Below, one piece after another: positions 55,501 through 64,000 of a stretch of 64,000 nucleotides of DNA. A program made the position numbers and the translations under genes. The notes beneath the pieces are model-generated. The model was not told the DNA's origin. It worked only from the letters and a program-made list of their open reading frames with translations, and made no database searches. The DNA lies in the NCBI GenBank assembly GCA_964057225.1, contig OZ059896.1:3720001-3784000 (forward strand), written 5' to 3'. Source of the stretch: Auanema rhodensis (Eukaryota > Animalia > Nematoda). Positions within the stretch are counted from its first letter, which is position 1, and each line of letters starts with the position of its first letter.

Positions 55501-58500
55501 GTGCACATCACGTGTACATTTAATTAGCATAAATTAAAGTTCACGTAAATTTCAAAGTCATGGTTACCATGAACCAATATCAATAAAAATTTGTTTTTAG
55601 ACTAATATGGACATGGGGAATCTAATTTCGAAAACCGCATCTATTTATCTTTCACGTGAAGCGAGTTACATACCAAGGGCACATCACGTGTACATTTAAT
55701 TAGCATAAATTAAAGTTCACGTAAATTTCAAAGTCATGGTTACCATGAACCAATATCAATAGAAATTTGTTTTTAGACTAATTTGGACATGGGGAATCTA
55801 ATTTTGAAAACCGCATCTCTTCATCTTTCACGTGAAGCGAGTTACATACCAAGTGCACATCACGTGTACATTTAATTAGCATAAATTAAAGTTCACGTAA
55901 ATTTCAAAGTCATGGTTACCATGAACCAATATCAATAAAAATTTGTTTTTAGACTAATTTGGACATGGGGAATCTAATTTTAAAAACCGCATCTCTTCAT
56001 CTTTCACGTGAAGCGAGTTACATACCAAGTGCACATCACGTGTACATTTAATTAGCATAAATTAAAGTTCACGTAAATTTCAAAGTCATGGTTACCATGA
56101 ACCAATGTCAATAAAAATTTGTTTGTGAACTAATATGGACATGGGGAATCTAATTTTGGAAACCGCATCTCTTCATCTTTCACGTGAAGCGAGTTACATA
56201 CCGAGTGCACATCACGTGTACATTTAATTAGCATAAATTAAAGTTCACGTAAATTTCAAAGTCATGGTTACCATGAACCAATATCAATAAAAATTTGTTT
56301 TTAGACTAATATGGACATGGGGAATCTAATTTTGGAAACCGCATCTCTTTATCTTTCACGTGAAGCGAGTTACATACCAAGTGCACATCACGTGTACATT
56401 TAATTAGCATAAATTAAAGTTCACGTAAATTTCAAAGTCATGGTTACCATGAACCAATATCAATAAAAATTTGTTTTTAGACTAATATGGACATGGGGAA
56501 TCTAATTTCGAAAACCGCATCTATTTATCTTTCACGTGAAGCGAGTTACATACCAAGGGCACATCACGTGTACATTTAATTAGCATAAATTAAAGTTCAC
56601 GTAAATTTCAAAGTCATGGTTACCATGAACCAATATCAATAGAAATTTGTTTTTAGACTAATTTGGACATGGGGAATCTAATTTTGAAAACCGCATCTCT
56701 TCATCTTTCACGTGAAGCGAGTTACATACCAAGTGCACATCACGTGTACATTTAATTAGCATAAATTAAAGTTCACGTAAATTTCAAAGTCATGGTTACC
56801 ATGAACCAATGTCAATAAAAATTTGTTTTTAGACTAATATGGACATGGGGAATCTAATTTTGAAAACCGCATCTCTTCATCTTTCACGTGAAGCGAGTTA
56901 CATACCAAGTGCACATCACGTGTACATTTAATTAGCATAAATTAAAGTTCACGTAAATTTCAAAGTCATGGTTACCATGAACCAATATCAATAAAAATTT
57001 GTTTTTAGACTAATATGGACATGGGGAATCTAATTTCGAAAACCGCATCTATTCATCTTTCACGTGAAGCGAGTTACATACCAAGTGCACATCACGTGTA
57101 CATTTAATTAGCATAAATTAAAGTTCACGTAAATTTCAAAGTCATGGTTACCATGAACCAATATCAATAAAAATTTGTTTGTGAACTAATATGGACATGG
57201 GGAATCTAACTTTGAAAACCGCATCTCTTTATCTCTCACGTGAAGCGAGTTACATACCAAGGGCACATCACGTGTATATTTAATTAGCATAAATTAAAGT
57301 TCACGTAAATTTCAAAGTCATGGTTACCAAGCACCAATATCAATAAAAATTTGTTTTTAGACTAATATGGACATGGGGAATCTAATTTCGAAAACCGCAT
57401 CTCTTTATCTTTCACGTGAAGCGAGTTACATACCAAGTGCACATCACGTGTATATTTAATTAGCATAAATTAAAGTTCACGTAAATTTCAAAGTCATGGT
57501 TACCATGAACCAATATCAATAAAAATTTGTTTTTAGACTAATATGGACATGGGGAATCTAATTTTGAAAACCGCATCTCTTTATCTTTCACGTGAAGCGA
57601 GTTACATACCAAGTGCACATCACGTGTACATTTAATTAGCATTAATTAAAGTTCACGTAAATTTCAAAGTCATGGTTACCATGAACCAATATCAATAAAA
57701 ATTTGTTTGTGAACTAATATGGACATGGGGAATCTAACTTTGAAAACCGCATCTCTTTATCTCTCACGTGAAGCGAGTTACATACCAAGGGCACATCACG
57801 TGTATATTTAATTAGCATAAATTAAAGTTCACGTAAATTTCAAAGTCATGGTTACCATGAACCAATATCAATAAAAATTTGTTTGTGAACTAATATGGAC
57901 ATGGGGAATCTAACTTTGAAAACCGCATCTCTTTATCTCTCACGTGAAGCGAGTTACATACCAAGGGCACATCACGTGTATATTTAATTAGCATAAATTA
58001 AAGTTCACGTAAATTTCAAAGTCATGGTTACCATGAACCAATATCAATAAAAATTTGTTTGTGAACTAATATGGACATGGGGAATCTAACTTTGAAAACC
58101 GCATCTCTTTATCTCTCACGTGAAGCGAGTTACATACCAAGGGCACATCACGTGTATATTTAATTAGCATAAATTAAAGTTCACGTAAATTTCAAAGTCA
58201 TGGTTACCATGAACCAATATCAATAAAAATTTGTTTTTAGACTAATATGGACATGGGGAATCTAATTTTGAAAACCGCATCTCTTTATCTTTCACGTGAA
58301 GCGAGTTACATACCAAGTGCACATCACGTGTACATTTAATTAGCATTAATTAAAGTTCACGTAAATTTCAAAGTCATGGTTACCATGAACCAATATCAAT
58401 AAAAATTTGTTTGTGAACTAATATGGACATGGGGAATCTAATTTTGAAAACCGCATCTCTTCATCTTTCACGTGAAGCGAGTTACATACCAAGTGCACAT

Positions 58501-61500
58501 CACGTGTACATTTAATTAGCATAAATTAAAGTTCACGTAAATTTCAAAGTCATGGTTACCATGCACCAATATCAATAAAAATTTGTTTTTAGACTAATAT
58601 GGACATGGGGAATCTAATTTTGAAAACCGCATCTCTTTATCTCTCACGTGAAGCGAGTTACATACCAAGGGCACATCACGTGTACATTTAATTAGCATTA
58701 ATTAAAGTTCACGTAAATTTCAAAGTCATGGTTACCATGAACCAATATCAATAAAAATTTGTTTGTGAACTAATATGGACATGGGGAATCTAATTTTGAA
58801 AACCGCATCTCTTCATCTTTCACGTGAAGCGAGTTACATACCAAGTGCACATCACGTGTACATTTAATTAGCATAAATTAAAGTTCACGTAAATTTCAAA
58901 GTCATGGTTACCATGAACCAATGTCAATAAAAATTTGTTTTTAGACTAATATGGACATGGGGAATCTAATTTTGAAAACCGCATCTCTTTATTTTTCACG
59001 TGAAGCGAGTTACATACCAAGTGCACATCACGTGTACATTTAATTAGCATAAATTAAAGTTCACGTAAATTTCAAAGTCATGGTTACCATGAACCAATAT
59101 CAATAAAAATTTGTTTTTAGACTAATTTGGACATGGGGAATCTAATTTTGAAAACCGCATCTCTTCATCTTTCACGTGAAGCGAGTTACATACCAAGTGC
59201 ACATCACGTGTACATTTAATTAGCATAAATTAAAGTTCACGTAAATTTCAAAGTCATGGTTACCATGAACCAATGTCAATAAAAATTTGTTTGTGAACTA
59301 ATATGGACATGGGGAATCTAATTTTGGAAACCGCATCTTTTCATCTTTCACGTGAAGCGAGTTACATACCAAGTGCACATCACGTGTACAATTAATTAGC
59401 ATAAATTAAAGTTCACGTAAATTTCAAAGTCATGGTTACCATGCACCAATATCAATAAAAATTTGTTTTTAGACTAATATGGACATGGGGAATCTAACTT
59501 TGAAAACCGCATCTCTTTATCTCTCACGTGAAGCGAGTTACATACCAAGGGCACATCACGTGTACATTTAATTAGCATAAATTAAAGTTCACGTAAATTT
59601 CAAAGTCATGGTTACCATGCACCAATATCAATAAAAATTTGTTTTTAGACTAATATGGACATGGGGAATCTAACTTTGAAAACCGCATCTCTTTATCTCT
59701 CACGTGAAGCGAGTTACATACCAAGGGCACATCACGTGTACATTTAATTAGCATAAATTAAAGTTCACGTAAATTTCAAAGTCATGGTTACCATGCACCA
59801 ATATCAATAAAAATTTGTTTTTAGACTAATATGGACATGGGGAATCTAATTTTGAAAACCGCATCTCTTTATCTTTCACGTGAAGCGAGTTACATACCAA
59901 GTGCACATCACGTGTACATTTAATTAGCATAAATTAAAGTTCACGTAAATTTCAAAGTCATGGTTACCATGAACCAATATCAATAAAAATTTGTTTTTAG
60001 ACTAATATGGACATGGGGAATCTAATTTTGAAAACCGCATCTCTTTATCTTTCACGTGAAGCGAGTTACATACCAAGTGCACATCACGTGTACATTTAAT
60101 TAGCATTAATTAAAGTTCACGTAAATTTCAAAGTCATGGTTACCATGAACCAATATCAATAAAAATTTGTTTTTAGACTAATATGGACATGGGGAATCTA
60201 ATTTTGAAAACCGCATCTCTTTATCTCTCACGTGAAGCGAGTTACATACCAAGGGCACATCACGTGTACATTTAATTAGCATTAATTAAAGTTCACGTAA
60301 ATTTCAAAGTCATGGTTACCATGAACCAATATCAATAAAAATTTGTTTGTGAACTAATATGGACATGGGGAATCTAATTTTGAAAACCGCATCTCTTCAT
60401 CTTTCACGTGAAGCGAGTTACATACCAAGTGCACATCACGTGTACATTTAATTAGCATAAATTAAAGTTCACGTAAATTTCAAAGTCATGGTTACCATGA
60501 ACCAATGTCAATAAAAATTTGTTTTTAGACTAATATGGACATGGGGAATCTAATTTTGAAAACCGCATCTCTTTATTTTTCACGTGAAGCGAGTTACATA
60601 CCAAGTGCACATCACGTGTACATTTAATTAGCATAAATTAAAGTTCACGTAAATTTCAAAGTCATGGTTACCATGAACCAATATCAATAAAAATTTGTTT
60701 TTAGACTAATTTGGACATGGGGAATCTAATTTTAAAAACCGCATCTCTTCATCTTTCACGTGAAGCGAGTTACATACCAAGTGCACATCACGTGTACATT
60801 TAATTAGCATAAATTAAAGTTCACGTAAATTTCAAAGTCATGGTTACCATGAACCAATGTCAATAAAAATTTGTTTGTGAACTAATATGGACATGGGGAA
60901 TCTAATTTTGGAAACCGCATCTCTTCATCTTTCACGTGAAGCGAGTTACATACCGAGTGCACATCACGTGTACATTTAATTAGCATAAATTAAAGTTCAC
61001 GTAAATTTCAAAGTCATGGTTACCATGAACCAATATCAATAAAAATTCGTTTTTAGACTAATATGGACATGGGGAATCTAATTTTGGAAACCGCATCTCT
61101 TTATCTTTCACGTGAAGCGAGTTACATACCAAGTGCACATCACGTGTACATTTAATTAGCATAAATTAAAGTTCACGTAAATTTCAAAGTCATGGTTACC
61201 ATGAACCAATATCAATAAAAATTTGTTTTTAGACTAATATGGACATGGGGAATCTAATTTCGAAAACCGCATCTATTTATCTTTCACGTGAAGCGAGTTA
61301 CATACCAAGGGCACATCACGTGTACATTTAATTAGCATAAATTAAAGTTCACGTAAATTTCAAAGTCATGGTTACCATGAACCAATATCAATAGAAATTT
61401 GTTTTTAGACTAATTTGGACATGGGGAATCTAATTTTGAAAACCGCATCTCTTCATCTTTCACGTGAAGCGAGTTACATACCAAGTGCACATCACGTGTA

Positions 61501-62841
61501 CATTTAATTAGCATAAATTAAAGTTCACGTAAATTTCAAAGTCATGGTTACCATGAACCAATATCAATAAAAATTTGTTTTTAGACTAATTTGGACATGG
61601 GGAATCTAATTTTAAAAACCGCATCTCTTCATCTTTCACGTGAAGCGAGTTACATACCAAGTGCACATCACGTGTACATTTAATTAGCATAAATTAAAGT
61701 TCACGTAAATTTCAAAGTCATGGTTACCATGAACCAATGTCAATAAAAATTTGTTTGTGAACTAATATGGACATGGGGAATCTAATTTTGGAAACCGCAT
61801 CTCTTCATCTTTCACGTGAAGCGAGTTACATACCGAGTGCACATCACGTGTACATTTAATTAGCATAAATTAAAGTTCACGTAAATTTCAAAGTCATGGT
61901 TACCATGAACCAATATCAATAAAAATTTGTTTTTAGACTAATATGGACATGGGGAATCTAATTTTGGAAACCGCATCTCTTTATCTTTCACGTGAAGCGA
62001 GTTACATACCAAGTGCACATCACGTGTACATTTAATTAGCATAAATTAAAGTTCACGTAAATTTCAAAGTCATGGTTACCATGAACCAATATCAATAAAA
62101 ATTTGTTTTTAGACTAATATGGACATGGGGAATCTAATTTCGAAAACCGCATCTATTTATCTTTCACGTGAAGCGAGTTACATACCAAGGGCACATCACG
62201 TGTACATTTAATTAGCATAAATTAAAGTTCACGTAAATTTCAAAGTCATGGTTACCATGAACCAATATCAATAGAAATTTGTTTTTAGACTAATTTGGAC
62301 ATGGGGAATCTAATTTTGAAAACCGCATCTCTTCATCTTTCACGTGAAGCGAGTTACATACCAAGTGCACATCACGTGTACATTTAATTAGCATAAATTA
62401 AAGTTCACGTAAATTTCAAAGTCATGGTTACCATGAACCAATGTCAATAAAAATTTGTTTTTAGACTAATATGGACATGGGGAATCTAATTTTGAAAACC
62501 GCATCTCTTCATCTTTCACGTGAAGCGAGTTACATACCAAGTGCACATCACGTGTACATTTAATTAGCATAAATTAAAGTTCACGTAAATTTCAAAGTCA
62601 TGGTTACCATGAACCAATATCAATAAAAATTTGTTTTTAGACTAATATGGACATGGGGAATCTAATTTCGAAAACCGCATCTATTCATCTTTCACGTGAA
62701 GCGAGTTACATACCAAGTGCACATCACGTGTACATTTAATTAGCATAAATTAAAGTTCACGTAAATTTCAAAGTCATGGTTACCATGAACCAATATCAAT
62801 AAAAATTTGTTTGTGAACTAATATGGACATGGGGAATCTAA
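52570..62841 (+). repeat. ~26-monomer block duplicated at offset 5,632 bp (32 monomers): 52570-57209 and 58202-62841
   Basis: GCATCTTTTC at 53701/59333; AGAAATTT at 55761/61393 and 56641/62273. Confidence 0.9.
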
Positions 62842-64000
62842 TTTTGGAAACCGCATCTCTTCATCTTTCACGTGAAGCGAGTTACATACCAAGTGCACAT
62901 CACGTGTACATTTAATTAGCATAAATTAAAGTTCACGTAAATTTCAAAGTCATGGTTACCATGAACCAATATCAATAAAAATTTGTTTTTAGACTAATAT
63001 GGACATGGGGAATCTAATTTCGAAAACCGCATCTATTCATCTTTCACGTGAAGCGAGTTACATACCAAGTGCACATCACGTGTACATTTAATTAGCATAA
63101 ATTAAAGTTCACGTAAATTTCAAAGTCATGGTTACCATGAACCAATATCAATAAAAATTTGTTTGTGAACTAATATGGACATGGGGAATCTAATTTTGGA
63201 AACCGCATCTCTTCATCTTTCACGTGAAGCGAGTTACATACCAAGTGCACATCACGTGTACATTTAATTAGCATAAATAAAAGTTCACGTAAATTTCAAA
63301 GTCATGGTTACCATGAACCAATATCAATAAAAATTTGTTTTTAGACTAATATGGACATGGGGAATCTAATTTTGAAAACCGCATCTCTTCATCTTTCACG
63401 TGAAGCGAGTTACATACCAAGTGCACATCACGTGTACATTTAATTAGCATAAATTAAAGTTCACGTAAATTTCAAAGTCATGGTTACCATGAACCAATGT
63501 CAATAAAAATTTGTTTTTAGACTAATATGGACATGGGGAATCTAATTTTGAAAACCGCATCTCTTTATTTTTCACGTGAAGCGAGTTACATACCAAGTGC
63601 ACATCACGTGTACATTTAATTAGCATAAATTAAAGTTCACGTAAATTTCAAAGTCATGGTTACCATGAACCAATATCAATAAAAATTTGTTTTTAGACTA
63701 ATATGGACATGGGGAATCTAATTTCGAAAACCGCATCTATTTATCTTTCACGTGAAGCGAGTTACATACCAAGTGCACATCACGTGTACAATTAATTAGC
63801 ATAAATTAAAGTTCACGTAAATTTCAAAGTCATGGTTACCATGCACCAATATCAATAAAAATTTGTTTTTAGACTAATATGGACATGGGGAATCTAATTT
63901 TGAAAACCGCATCTCTTTATCTTTCACGTGAAGCGAGTTACATACCAAGTGCACATCACGTGTACATTTAATTAGCATAAATTAAAGTTCACGTAAATTT

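Larger units (their letters stand above)
12367..64000 (+). repeat. 176-bp tandem satellite array, right arm (~293 monomers)
   Basis: Same monomer and orientation. Starts are at 12399+176k up to 18911, then 18952+176k, with +1 shifts near 46788 and 48901. The last start is at 63834 and the array runs off the window end. Confidence 0.99.

Noticed and set aside
1-64000. CRISPR array
   Set aside because: There are no unique spacers; the whole 176-bp unit repeats, and there are no cas genes.

Overview
The window is almost entirely a eukaryotic AT-rich (~32% GC) tandem satellite array: about 357 head-to-tail copies of a 176-bp monomer, all on one strand and differing from each other by only a few substitutions. 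It looks like centromeric or pericentromeric heterochromatin, which is an inference; the organism cannot be identified. The only non-satellite DNA is a 1,086-bp, 5'-truncated CR1-group non-LTR retrotransposon on the minus strand at 11281-12366. It has a ~7-bp target-site duplication (TAAATTA), the C-terminal part of ORF2, a ~540-bp 3' UTR and an AATAAA-CCTTGAC end. Diagnostic variants show layered amplification: a ~9-kb block repeated at offset 13,630-14,158 either side of the LINE, a 22-monomer tandem duplication, a 26-monomer duplication at a 32-monomer offset, and several 3- to 9-monomer repeats. The monomer is rich in palindromes and carries two CACGTG E-boxes. One clustered variant looks like a template-switch mutation. 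There are no host genes, RNA genes or CRISPR arrays, and I cannot support a new multi-gene system. All comparisons were made by eye.
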